The notes: generated by a model not told the origin, from the letters alone. A DNA stretch of 64,000 nucleotides from Eledone cirrhosa (GCA_964016885.1 OZ024749.1:8184001-8248000), one strand, 5' to 3'. Shown: positions 1-12,697, counted from the first letter of the stretch. Numbers and translations: made by a program.

Positions 1-188
1 GATTTAAATCCAAATTTATTCTTGTTAAGATCCGATATTTGGCTTATACGGCTTTTGTCAAAATGGAATGTTTTCCATCTGATTCGTCGAATAAAATCAT
101 TGGTCCTTCGTATCATACCTAGAATATATTCCCTTTTTGCCTGAATAGGTATGTTTTTTACCGACATATCCAATTGGTGCCTTTCCAT
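1..188 (-). CDS. N-terminus of a Penelope-like retroelement ORF (open to window edge; absent from ORF track)
   Basis: Manual translation from ATG at 188: MERHQLDMSVKNIPIQAKREYILGMIRRTNDFIRRIRWKTFHFDKSRISQISDLNKNKFGFK, no stop. KNIP...(K/R)R(M/I)RWK...FGFK resembles N-termini of invertebrate PLE RT/GIY-YIG proteins. The RT domain itself lies outside the window. Confidence 0.7.
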   Translation of the reverse strand, partial: MERHQLDMSVKNIPIQAKREYILGMIRRTNDFIRRIRWKTFHFDKSRISQISDLNKNKFGFK

Positions 189-238
189 TTTAGAGGCGTA
201 TGCTGAATTAGTTGCTCAACTGTATAGGAGATTAATAA

Positions 239-1511
239 AATTTCAGGTTATCAATAATGTAGTAATAATATATCATTACGTTAGAGATGAACAGCGTACG
301 TGTAGGTTTGCTCAACGAGTATAAATTATATTCCGGAGAAAATGTAGAAAAGATGAATATAAAATGAAAGTGCTTTTTTTAAAAAGGAATTTATTAGGTA
401 TTGACATATGTTTCTGTAACAGACGGAATACCCATGTATCGCTGCTTGCGTAATCATATAATGTTAGCAAGTATTCGATAGCAAATGTATAATCAGTTGT
501 CACTTATTCAGAGATTTTGGATAAATTGGATAAAATCAGAAAAATTGAAGTATTTATATTAGTAATAGAGGAAGAAGAGAGGGGATAGTATATGACAGAT
601 GGTAATTCAATTTACTGCTAAACAAGTATATAAAGGGTTTCTAATGAGAATACCATGAGTAAATGGTTCATTTTATCTAAATAAGAATTTTTGGGAGTGC
701 CAATTTTAATCTCTACTTGACCAATTGGACAGTGGACAGGGCTGGTCATTTGGTGTAGTAGTATTAATTATAAAGTGTCAATTGGGGAAGGGGGAGATTT
801 CGATTGCTACTGAATAACATCAATGCTAGTAGCCAGCTGGTATATGCATTAGGGAATTGAATTAAGAAATCAGAAATCTCATTTTTCTATAGCAGTTTAT
901 ATTAAATGAGATTTCTGATTTCTTAATTCAATTCCCTAATGCATATACCAGCTGGCTACTAGCATTGATGTTATTCAGTAGCAATCGAAATCTCCCCCTT
1001 CCGCAATTGACACTTTATAATTAATACTACTACACCAAATGACCAGCCTTGTCCACTGTCCAATTGGTCAAGTAGAGATTAAAATTGGCACTCCCAAAAA
1101 TTCTTATTTAGATAAAATGAATCATTTACTCATGGTATTCTCATTAGAAACCCTTTATATACTTGTTTAGCAGTAAATTGAATTACCATCTGTCATATAC
1201 TATCTCCTCTCTTCTTCCTCTATTACTAATATAAATACTTCAATTTTTCTGATTTTATCCAATTTATCCAAAATCTCTGAATACTTGCTAACATTATATG
1301 ATTACGCAAGCAGCGATACATAGGTATTCCGTCTTTTACAGAAACATATGTCCATACCTAATAAATTCCTTTTTAAAAAAAGCACTTTCATTTTATATTC
1401 ATCTTTTCTAAATTTTCTCCGGAATATAATTTATACTCGTTGAGCAAACCTACACGTACGCTGTTCATCTCTAACGTAACGATATATTATCACTACATTA
1501 TTGATAACCTG

Positions 1512-1516
<5 letters not shown>
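239..1516. repeat. Large inverted repeat (arms ~239-884 and ~904-1516, ~19-nt spacer), interpreted as PLE pLTR plus inverted pLTR
   Basis: Right arm is the reverse complement of the left arm with scattered substitutions and a ~33-bp deletion between TATTC repeats; right arm ends directly in (TA)n at 1517. Confidence 0.93.
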
Positions 1517-1544
<28 letters not shown>

Positions 1545-1549
<5 letters not shown>

Positions 1550-1749
1550 AACCAGTAAGACCCCGACAGCTGAGCTCAAGCCGTTTCGACGGCTAATTCT
1601 GGACTGAATTCGAGTCCAGAATTAGCCGTCGAAACGGCTTGAGCTCAGCTGTCGGGGTCTTACTGGTTCCTATTACCCACTCTACTACCTCAAGTATTGA
1701 GTACTTTGGTGCGTTATGGTCCACCTGGTTCCTTACCACATTTCCTTCG

Positions 1750-1752
<3 letters not shown>
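1545..1752 (+). mobile_element. Family A foldback element in (TA)n
   Basis: Perfect ~61-bp arms 1545-1605 / 1613-1673, then an ~80-bp unique tail ending TTCGTTA(TA)n; related copies at 1823, 8767, 17578, 30488. Confidence 0.85.
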
Positions 1753-1799
<47 letters not shown>

Positions 1800-1822
1800 T
1801 GTATATATATTCACACACACAC

Positions 1823-2248
1823 ATAACGAAGGAGTGTGGTAAGGAACCAGATGGACCATAACGCACCAGAGTACTCAATACTTAGAGTAGTAGAGTGGGT
1901 AATAGGAAAATGTTTAAGTCCGACGGCAGAGCTCAAGCCGTGTCGACAACTATTTCTGGACTAGATTACAATTTTTAACGTGGTAAAGTAATCACTTTTC
2001 AAAAAGTAATTCAAAAAGTAATTCCCTATATGGGAAGATTGTAGTTGTCAAAAGGATTAGTCAAAATTTCTTGTAAACAGTTAAATCTGTCATGGCAGTG
2101 GGTGGGAAGTGGGGGTGGCTGAACCTGCCGACAGAACAATGAGGGAGTGGGTGGAGCCGGTCAAGCGTTGAAAGTGAATTTTATACAGCAAATTCTAAGT
2201 AATGTGTATGAAATTAGGCTAGTTAGGAAGCAGGCGAAAAAGGATTCA
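1823..2248 (-). mobile_element. Family A longer copy without foldback
   Basis: 1823-1962 is the reverse complement of 1613-1752 with divergence and continues ~285 bp further to a (TA)n run. Confidence 0.7.
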
Positions 2249-2254
2249 TATATA

Positions 2255-2338
2255 TACAAGTTGTCACAAAAAATGTATATGCAATTTATTAGAATGTTGT
2301 TGAAGTATGTATACATTTTGGGGGGAGACCCTCTATAT
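2255..2338. mobile_element. Short MITE, Tc1/mariner-like
   Basis: TA-flanked ~80-bp unit with imperfect terminal inverted repeats; inverted homolog of 2773-2851. Confidence 0.55.
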
Positions 2339-2772
2339 ACGGGCCTAAAATGTGTTTGTCATTAATGGTTATAAATCACGTTTCAAAACATACATACATA
2401 CACACACACATACACATACATACACACACACATACACATACATACATTCCATTGAAAGAATACAAGGGAAATTTATTTGCAGACATTAATTGTAGATGTT
2501 TTGAGGCAGTGAAAGGCGAAATGGGTGAGTTTGGCGAAATATTTCCAAGAATATATGTCATCTGAAATTAGAGAAATTACGAAGTAAATATTTTGAAACA
2601 ACATCCCTCGCTCTTTGACAATGTTTTCTGTGTCGAGAATAACAAATATCTTTCATTGTTAATACATTCGATCTTCTGGAATTCTAAAGATCGATTGCAA
2701 AAATCAATCCTAATGAAAAAAGGATTTGGAAACGTGATTCACAACGATTAATGATATGTTACACCCGCATAT

Positions 2773-2847
2773 ACAGATGTCCCCAAAAAATGGATACGGG
2801 CTTCAACAACATTCTAATAAATTGTATATACATTTTTTGTGACAACT

Positions 2848-2851
<4 letters not shown>
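2773..2851. mobile_element. Short MITE, Tc1/mariner-like
   Basis: TA-CAGATGTCCCCAAAAAATGGATAC ... GTATATACATTTTTTGTGACAACTTG-TA; imperfect TIRs with TA flanks. Confidence 0.6.
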
Positions 2852-2909
<58 letters not shown>

Positions 2910-2963
2910 CATATGTGTGTGTCTGTGTGTATGTGCGTGCGTGTATTTATATATGTATCTGTG

Positions 2964-2999
<36 letters not shown>

Positions 3000-3160
3000 C
3001 TACCGCATACGAACGCTTTAAGCATCCAACACCAATTATATACATATATATATATATGTATGTATGGAAGATGCTAGATGGTCGGTCGTCCTCGGGTCTA
3101 TGATTTTCATCCCCATGGATTTTATCTGTTACATTCATTTATTCATTTATTATATTTCGA

Positions 3161-3218
3161 ATACCTGATGATATCACCGGATTCATACGGAACCCGGTCA
3201 TTGAAATGATCATAGTAT
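3161..3218 (+). ncRNA. Minimal type I hammerhead ribozyme motif in a probable PLE pLTR fragment (~3065-3418)
   Basis: ATAC-CTGATGA-stem II (ACCGG/CCGGT)-GAAA-TGATCA (palindromic)-TA-GTAT, immediately followed by AATAAA. Confidence 0.7.
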
Positions 3219-3437
3219 AATAAACCTTTCAAGGATTTACACAAGTCCAGCCTCCTGTTATTTTATTATAATATTTAACTCCGTACTCGCACCTCCAACT
3301 ACACAAACGAAGACAGTTGAGCTGCTTTACGTTGAGTACTCTCCATATTATTACATCAAGATTGACCATACGGAATGACCAGCTTTATCCAGTGGTGAAC
3401 CTTCAAACCTAAATAAATATATATGTATATTTATATT

Positions 3438-3468
<31 letters not shown>

Positions 3469-3674
3469 ATATAGGTATGTATATATATAACCACCTAGCC
3501 CCTAACGTTTGAGTCACGAAATTACATCCCCTTGTACTAGAACTCTTATATGAGAGAAGATAATCCTGAAGTCGGTAAACTATCATATGACGCATGGATG
3601 AGTTGGCATATTTTAATACGCTAACGAAAAGTGTATATTGGTGTCATATAAATGTTGTAAAATATTAATTATAT

Positions 3675-3725
<51 letters not shown>

Positions 3726-3913
3726 ACGTGTGTGAGTGTGTCTCACAATCAATCTAACTATATATATATATGTGTGTGTGTGTATATATACACACATACA
3801 TATGTCTGTGTGTGTGCGTGTGTGTGTGTGTGTGTGTGTATGTATATACGCATGTAAGTGTTTATAGTGCGCAAATCATGAATAAGTATTAGTTCACACA
3901 CGGTCTATACCTA

Positions 3914-3948
<35 letters not shown>

Positions 3949-4262
3949 CTCACTCTCTCTCTGCCCCAATCTCTCTCTCTCTCTCTCACTTTCTCTCTCA
4001 GTTTCTCTCCATTCACTTTCTCTCTGTCAGTTTCTGTCTAGGTGGTATACATTTCTATATATATATATGTGTGTGTGTGCGCGTGTGCGTGTGCATGTGC
4101 GTGTGTGTGCGTGCCGATGGGTAAATGTGTATATATATATATATAGTCACCTAGACCCCGTGTAGACTCAAGTTGGAAATCCGTTCAATCTATTTCAAAA
4201 TGTTCATTACATCGTTAGTTGCATTAATAATCGATTTAATAAATGATTCGATCATGAATTCC

Positions 4263-4293
<31 letters not shown>

Positions 4294-4298
4294 CATAC

Positions 4299-4351
<53 letters not shown>

Positions 4352-4437
4352 GTGTGTATGTATATATCCGAGTGTATGTGTTTGTGCCTATGTAGATATA
4401 GATTCATATATATACATATATATACATATATATCCTG

Positions 4438-4504
<67 letters not shown>

Positions 4505-5039
4505 TTGTGTGTGTGTCTGTGTGTGTGTTTGTCTGTGTGCGTATGTGCATAAATATACATATATAACTTGTACACACACACACACATACACACACATACA
4601 TACATACAAACACATTTTGATATTAATTTATTTCCCACTAGAATGTTACTACTTTACATGATTTTATGCAAAAATGTATTCGAAAATTGGCTGAGAGCAT
4701 ATTTTTATAAACGAAAGTACATGATATTTATCTATTTGCTATTTAATACAATAACAAATATAATGGAATGAGATATCGGAAACTGACTTGCAATAGTCAG
4801 TCCTGATCACCTCAATTATATCACAGAATCTCTCTCCTTTGGGAAAGCTATCATTATCATAATTTAACATTTTTCTACAGTTTTAATGTCCATTAAATCC
4901 CAAGTGAGATAGAACAGCAAACATTAATAAGAAATAAAAACAGCTTGGAAGGAAAAACGAAAGTTCACATTCACTTATGAACCATTTACTATGTATAATA
5001 ACATTGACAATACTGCATACCAAACACTTGGCTTCCCCT

Positions 5040-6111
5040 TCAAAGTCGGCTCAACTGAGATAACGGTGATACTGGTTCATATAAGTGACGGGTAAATGAT
5101 CAACTATTCAAAGTCAGCTCAACTGAGATAACGGTGATACTGGTTCATATATAAGTGACGAGTAATTGATCAACTCTTCAAAGTCAGCTCAACTGAGATA
5201 ACGGTGATTCTGGTTCATATATAAGTGACGGGTAATTGATCAACTCTTCAAAGGCAGCTCAACTGAGATAACGGTGATACTGGTTCATATATAAGTGACG
5301 GGTAATTGATCAACTCTTCAAAGGCAGCTCAACTGAGATAACGGTGATACTGGTTCATATATAAGTGACGGATAATTGATCAACTTTTCAAAGTCGGCTC
5401 AACTGAGATAACGATTATACTGGTTCACATATATATGTGACGAGTAATTGATCAACTCTTCAAAGTCAGCTCAACTGAGATAACGGTGATACTGGTTCAT
5501 ATATAAGTGACGGATAATTGATCAACTTTTCAAAGTCGGCTCAACTGAGATAACGATTATACTGGTTCACATATATATGTGACGAGTAATTGATCAACTC
5601 TTCAAAGTCAGCTCAACTGAGATAACGGTGATACTGGTTCATATATAAGTGACGGGTAATTGATCAACTCTTCAAAGGCAGCTCAACTGAGATAACGGTG
5701 ATACTGGTTCATATATAAGTGACGGATAATTGATCAACTTTTCAAAGTCGGCTCAACTGAGATAACGATTATACTGGTTCACATATATATGTGACGAGTA
5801 ATTGATCAACTCTTCAAAGTCAGCTCAACTGAGATAACGGTGATACTGGTTCATATATAAGTGACGGATAATTGATCAACTTTTCAAAGTCGGCTCAACT
5901 GAGATAACGATTATACTGGTTCACATATATATGTGACGAGTAATTGATCAACTCTTCAAAGTCAGCTCAACTGAGATAACGGTGATACTGGTTCATATAT
6001 AAGTGACGGGTAATTGATCAACTCTTCAAAGGCAGCTCAACTGAGATAACGGTGATACTGGTTCATATATAACTGAGATATATAACTGAGATATACAACG
6101 CTGATACTGGT

Positions 6112-6154
<43 letters not shown>

Positions 6155-6195
6155 TGACGGCTAATTGACTAACTCTTCAATGTTGGCTCAACTAA
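5040..6195. repeat. 70/72-bp minisatellite, ~15 copies
   Basis: Unit TCAAAGTCAGCTCAACTGAGATAACGGTGATACTGGTTCATATATAAGTGACGGGTAATTGATCAACTCT; starts near 5040, 5108, 5178, 5248, 5318, 5388, 5460 etc. Confidence 0.95.
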
Positions 6196-6573
6196 TGTAT
6201 ACAACTTTGGGGCTGGTTCACGCAAACACACACACACACACACACATATATATAGTACACAGCACAGAACGCGCAAAGACAAGATGGTGTAAGACAGGAC
6301 AAAAGAGAGACACACAATGACAAATTTGTTTCTGAGGATGAAAGAACGTTGACAATATATAAACAATCATCCGGTTATTGATCCAACCAACCAGAAATTT
6401 GTAATAAAGTGAAGTGAAAACTATTAGGCGCGTGTGTTTTTATTGGCAGCATGACCCTCCTAAAATATAGCATGCACACACACACACACATATTTATATA
6501 TATATATATATATTATAGATATATATATATATATATATTATATATATTATATATATATATATATATTATATGT

Positions 6574-6666
<93 letters not shown>

Positions 6667-6674
6667 ATATATAT

Positions 6675-6706
<32 letters not shown>

Positions 6707-6724
6707 TGAATGTGTATGTGTGTG

Positions 6725-6826
<102 letters not shown>

Positions 6827-6829
6827 CGA

Positions 6830-7905
6830 CGTGTATTAGATCAACTCTTCAAAGTCAGTTCAACAATGCTACACAACGGAGATACTAATTCATATTTTTT
6901 TCCAGTCTCCTTCTCAACAAGGAATGTGAAAAAACTTACCTCAACACTTAATTTTAAATCTTTAATTTTTTGTTTTTACTCTTTTATTATAATACTCAAC
7001 ATTTGATAAGATGAATTTTACTAATACATCGAAACCGGTTATACTTTATATACTTTATGAAACTTTTTTTTAAAAGAATTGTCCCTCTCAAATTTTGAAT
7101 AATGTCAATTTGACGAACCAAAGGAAGGGGATAAAAGAAAGACAGACTCTTAAATATATTTTCCGTGCTATTTCCAATTTCCCCTTTTCTCTCTCTCTCT
7201 CTATGTATATATATATATATATATATACGTGACAGATAATAGATCACTTCGTCAAAGTTAACTCAACAACAATCTACGATTAAACTCATGTTCTGGGTCT
7301 TATATACGTGACTGATATTTGATCATCTCGCCAAAGCCAGCTCATCTAACATATAGGAAGTGGGTGCTGGTCCACATATAACTGACAGATATTTGATTAT
7401 CCTGTGAAGGTCAACTCAACTAAAATATACAGTGGAAGCGCTGCTCCACACATACATCACCGCTGATTAAATATCTGGTCAATGTCAGCTCAACTAATAT
7501 TTACGACGAGTATTTAACTATCCTCATATGTGAGGAATAGTTAGCTATCCTGTGAAAGTCAACTCATCTACAAAGCTGCTCTTTATATGCAGGTGACATG
7601 GTGAAGCCTAGCTACTCAGTGTCAGCTCAACGGAGGTGCTGATCTATATATATATATGACTGATTGAGGTTAAACCACCACCTCAAGGTTAGCTCAAGTA
7701 ATATATTGAACGTAGGTGCTTTTAAAATAGATATGACAGAGTTTAGTTTTTATCTTGAGAGTCAGCTCAACTATAATGCATAAAAGTGTTGTTGACATAT
7801 ATAAGATAGAGAATTTTCTAAGTCAGTTTTCCGGTACACGATGGTGTTAACACTGGTATATATAACAGAGCTTAGAAGACTTCTTCAACATCAGCTCAAC
7901 AACAA
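6830..7905. repeat. Strongly diverged copies of the 70-bp minisatellite
   Basis: Recurring (A)GTCA(G/A)CTCAAC core with catata...tgac...gatca remnants at roughly 70-bp spacing, mainly 7230-7905. Confidence 0.7.
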
Positions 7906-8191
7906 TATACATCGGGTGTTATGTAGGGGATACAGGCATGATCGATTGCTTCCTAATTACGTGGTTCCGGGTTCCAGCCCATTCCGTGAAATCAATGATC
8001 GCATTGAAGGAAACGATGTGCAGACCCATGGTAGAAATTGTACCTGTAATTTACTAGTAGATCAAAGGTCAAACTTTGTCACACTTATTGTCATGGTCGG
8101 CTGGCCTGAGAAATATGTTAACGATACGGTAACTGTTTGGGTAACCGAACAAGTAAATTATCTTCGTCCATACCGACGGTGGATCCTTCAA

Positions 8192-8234
<43 letters not shown>

Positions 8235-8240
<6 letters not shown>

Positions 8241-8391
8241 CATACATTGAGTTAGAAACTCAAAATAGTCTTTTACAATTAAATAGCTCCAAGAAAGAAA
8301 TTTTTCCGAGCTGTGCAATATAATTGAATATGAGAGAGAAGAACAATGGAACACATGTATACTTATATCTGCGTTCATCTCTCTCATATTC

Positions 8392-8399
<8 letters not shown>
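8235..8399 (-). mobile_element. Family F foldback element in (TA)n
   Basis: 22-bp arms 8318-8339 / 8378-8399; one arm extends ~80 bp further to (TA)n at 8235. Confidence 0.5.
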
Positions 8400-8435
<36 letters not shown>

Positions 8436-8704
8436 TTTTCTAAAAAACAAATCATGCACAAAACGCCAGCACCAACAGTTTTGCAAGAGATGTCAACATG
8501 AATGGACCTATTATTTTTATCTAAAGACATTTTTTCCAATTCCATCCCGTGCGTCCCCTCAATCTATTTTATTTCTCATTATTTCTTCTGATGAAAGACT
8601 AGCGTCCAAAACGTTAAGACCCTCTTCCTGCTATATCAAGCGTTAAATTGATATATACCTTCCATGTACTGTACCGATTGTGTTGTTATTTCTGTTTACC
8701 TTTG

Positions 8705-8766
<62 letters not shown>

Positions 8767-8771
<5 letters not shown>

Positions 8772-8961
8772 AAAAAGTATGACCCCGACGGTAGAGCTCA
8801 ACCCGTTTCGACGGCTATTTCTGTCCAGAAATAGCCGTCGAAACGGCTTGAGCTGTGCCGTCGGGGTCATACTTTTTCCTATTACCCACTCTATTACCCT
8901 AAGTATTGAGTACTCTGGTGCGTTATGGTCCATCTGGTTCCTTACCACAACTCCTTCGTTA
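8767..8961 (+). mobile_element. Family A foldback element in (TA)n
   Basis: Arms ~8767-8823 / 8826-8882 plus the same tail as 1674-1752. Confidence 0.85.
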
Positions 8962-9302
8962 TATATATATATATATACATATATGTATATATATATATGT
9001 ATATGTATATATTATTTCCTTACTTTTATAACAATGGATGTTTCAAGAAAATGCGACTGCTATTTCTAGCAGATAAATAAAGCGTGTAGTGTCCTTCTAT
9101 TGCTATTGTTGCTGTGGTTGTTGTTGTTGCTGTTACTACCGTAATTGTTGGTCTTCGTGTTGATGATGATGATGACGGGGACAACAGAGCCGACGACGAT
9201 GGTGATGGCAATGATGATGATCGTGGTGTTTCTGATGATGATCATCATCATCATGAAGATGATTATAGTGATGATGATGATTATTATTATTATACTGATA
9301 GA

Positions 9303-9693
9303 AGGGCGGTGGATTGGCAGTATCGGTAGAGGGTCGGACGCCATGCTTTGACGCATAGAGTTACGGCCCTTGCCATTCTGAGTTCAATTCCCGCCGAGGT
9401 TAACTTTGTCTTTCACCCTTACGGGGGTTGATAAAATAAAGTACCAGTAATACACTGATTAATTGCTGGCCTTGTGCCAAAAGTAGAAACAATTATTAGC
9501 GGTGGATTGGCAGTATCGGTAGAGGGTCGGACGCCATGCTTTGACGCATAGAGTTACGGCCCTTGCCATTCTGAGTTCAATTCCCGCCGAGGTTAACTTT
9601 GTCTTTCATCCTTACGGGGGTCGATAAAATAAAGTACCAGTAATACACTGGGGTAATAGCTGGCTTTGTGCCAAAAGTAGAAACAATTATATT
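9303..9693 (+). mobile_element. Two tandem tRNA-derived SINEs with Meta-like central domain (9303-9497, 9498-9693)
   Basis: A box TGGCAGTATCGG, B box GAGTTCAATTCC, central CTTTCATCCTTACGGGGTCGATAAAATAAAGTACCAG, (ATT)n tail. Confidence 0.85.
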
Positions 9694-10027
9694 AAATTGT
9701 CGATTCCGACGTCACGTGTTTTGGCAATGTTGCCGTGAATACCAGAAAGAATACAAATGATAAAATTAATCCAACAACTGCAGTTTCTTCATCTCTTCAA
9801 ACCAATTGAAGAAGTAAACAATAAATAAAATATAAAACAACTAAAACAAAATAAACAACATTGTAGGAAACAAACATGTAATTAAACTGAGAAAAAATGG
9901 CGGACCAAACAAACAAGAAAATGGCGTCGGAATATTGTTATTATTGTTATTATTATTATTATTATTATTTTCGCAATCTACTTTTACATGTCATGGACTT
10001 AAAGGTAAATTGTTCATATCATATCAT

Positions 10028-10099
<72 letters not shown>

Positions 10100-10283
10100 C
10101 ACATTCATGTATATATATATACATATTTATATATATATATGTGTGTGTGTGTATATATATATATGTATTTATATATGCATATATATATGCATGTATATAT
10201 ATATATATATATACAATATATGTAAAAGATATGTGTACCTGTCTATCTACCTATCTATATATCTATATATATAAAGAAACATA

Positions 10284-10341
<58 letters not shown>

Positions 10342-10345
<4 letters not shown>

Positions 10346-10511
10346 GTTATTCCGGGTTGAATCGGAGGTAACCACAGTAAGTAAGGTACTCAATACATTG
10401 CAGAGTATAAAAGTTTTAATATAGATGAGATTCTACAGGACTAGAACTGTTTCATTCTTTAGAAATCATCTGATGATTTCTAAAGAATGAAACAGTTCTA
10501 GTCCTGTAGAA
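10342..10511 (-). mobile_element. Family B foldback element with hammerhead core
   Basis: Perfect ~59-bp palindrome centred on 10471; the long arm continues to (TA)n at 10342; homologous to 26837-26981 and 30000-30080. Confidence 0.85.
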
Positions 10512-11009
10512 TCTCATCTATATTAAAACTTATATATATATATATATATATCTTTTACATGTGTTTTTAAACAAATTTGGATTGCACAAACATCATCCGC
10601 ATACATACACTTGTATATACAAAAATGACATGACGGATTCATCTCCACAATGTCTACACACTCACTCCATGCAGTCTACCAAACCTGAACACACACCAGC
10701 AGTGTAGAGAAACTTGTACACTCAGTCACCCAAATACTAACCAAATGGCTGCATCTCAGTTTAGAGAATTGCCATATCTTGACTTATTTCTCATACATGG
10801 TTGGTACGAACCACACATATTACCACTGCCAAGGACTTAGATTCCTTTCTGCGTATACTGTAGTGAAGGAAAACCGTGAAAATCGATGCCTGTACTTGAA
10901 GGTCTTCTACTGGAACAATTCCACTCACTTAACAATCTGACAGGTATCCCAAAAGAACATATCAATATCGATTCACGGGCTTTACATCGAAGTTTTCCTT
11001 CTCCTAGAC

Positions 11010-11061
11010 TACAAACATACATGAATCCATACATACATACATACATACATACATACATACA

Positions 11062-11092
<31 letters not shown>

Positions 11093-11700
11093 GGTGGCTG
11101 CCAACTCGTTTTCGAGTACGGCCACTACTTTATATCCATGTAGGAGAACCCCTACCAATGCGCTGAACAAGTGTGACTTTTTAGTCCAGCCAGCGACTTG
11201 AAAACTCTGGTACAAACACTACACTTGTGACAATTATTGACACATAGTGCTGGACCCATGATACCATGTGACGACAAGTGCAGAGAGATCTCCAGATATA
11301 AAGCAATGCCTGTGCCGTGAAGCTTTTATAGTGAGCAAAGGCACTGCACAAAGCCAGTCCCACTCTCTTAACCAAGATGATATTTACCAAAAAGAAGAAC
11401 AAGTCAACATCATTGGATACCATCAGGGTTGCAGGTGTTATATCAGAGTTTTCCTTCTCCTAGAATTCTGATTGACAAAGGCTAAGAGGTCATCTCTCCC
11501 GGTGATTTTGGATGGCCATTGACTCTTAAGAGCTCCTTTGCCCTTTGACAGGTTTTGTTTTTAGTCCTGCAGGATGTCCAAAGTCACCCTCCTCACCAAG
11601 AAACCTTGGTAGGGTTGCCAGTTCAGTCGCCAACGACCCGACCATGAGACAGGTTGTACTGGGATACATGTTACCAGTAGCAGCAACTGGTCACCTGACA
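11010..11700 (-). mobile_element. Internally deleted non-autonomous RTE (BovB-like) derivative
   Basis: RTE 5'-UTR-like TCTAGGAGAAGGAAAACTCTGA motif joined within ~250 bp to a C2H2-like remnant CSVCTRVFKSLAGLKSHTCSAH, a CTCG-AAAA-CGAG hairpin and an (ATGT)n tail. Confidence 0.6.
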
Positions 11701-11852
11701 TATAGTTTTCCTTCTCCTAGACTACATACATACATGAATCCATGCATACATACATACATACATACATACATACATACATACATACATACATACATACATA
11801 CATACATACATACATACATACATACATGCATGTATAAAACTGATCTATATTA

Positions 11853-11917
11853 TATTTTATCTGATGAAAGCGCACCATAATATGCTTTGGTGTCCTTGAA
11901 ATATGTATAATGAAATA
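11853..11917 (+). ncRNA. Hammerhead motif, family C
   Basis: TATTTTAT-CTGATGA-AAG.GCACCA...TGGTGT.CTT-GAAA-TATGTA-TA-ATGAAATA; 8-bp stem I with one G-U. Confidence 0.7.
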
Positions 11918-11948
11918 AATATGGTTTTATAAATATAGTTTCCATTTG

Positions 11949-12022
<74 letters not shown>

Positions 12023-12561
12023 GAGAGAGAGAGAGAGAGAGAAATATACACGGGTGTGTATGATTGTGTCTAGAAGATTATATTAATAAAAGGAATTCCA
12101 AGTTTGTCTGATTTACTCGTTTTATTTACAATCCTTTAAAATTTATAATAGTATTAGAATGAAATAGTATGGTAGAATATTAAATGTTAAGTGTTAATTG
12201 AACAAGTACTTTCATGCTTTCGCAATCTTCAGGTTCATATTGTGTGGTGACAGTCAAGTTTACAATTTTCAACTGCAATTTTTCTATATATATATATATA
12301 TATATGCAAAAGTTCTATTTAAAATTGTTTGGATACAACAAGTAAATATTTTTATAACTGATATAAAGCACTCTTTCTTTTTTCTCCATGCATTTCTCTC
12401 TCTCCGATATTTCTCCACGTTTTTTCTTTCTCTCTCTCCGTCTTTTTCTTTCTCTCCGTCTTTTTCTAATTGTCTTTAACACTATGACTTATTAAAATAA
12501 TATAAACAACTCACTATCCAGATGGCTTCCAAAAATAATGGTTGCATTTTAATAGGGTACG

Positions 12562-12697
12562 TCAAAGCTTATTTGTAAAACTGTTATATATTGTATTTTG
12601 TCTGATGAAGGCATACCATAATTTAATTTGGTATCCCTGAATTATGTATAATGAAATAAATATGGTTTTATAAATATAGTTTCCATTTATTAATATC

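Noticed and set aside
2255-2851. Single 600-bp DNA transposon with 85-bp TIRs
   Set aside because: Each putative TIR is itself a self-contained TA-flanked unit with its own inverted ends, so two oppositely oriented MITEs is the simpler reading.
9066-9356. Asp/His/Met-rich ORFs
   Set aside because: Derived from (GAT)n/(GTT)n trinucleotide low-complexity sequence.
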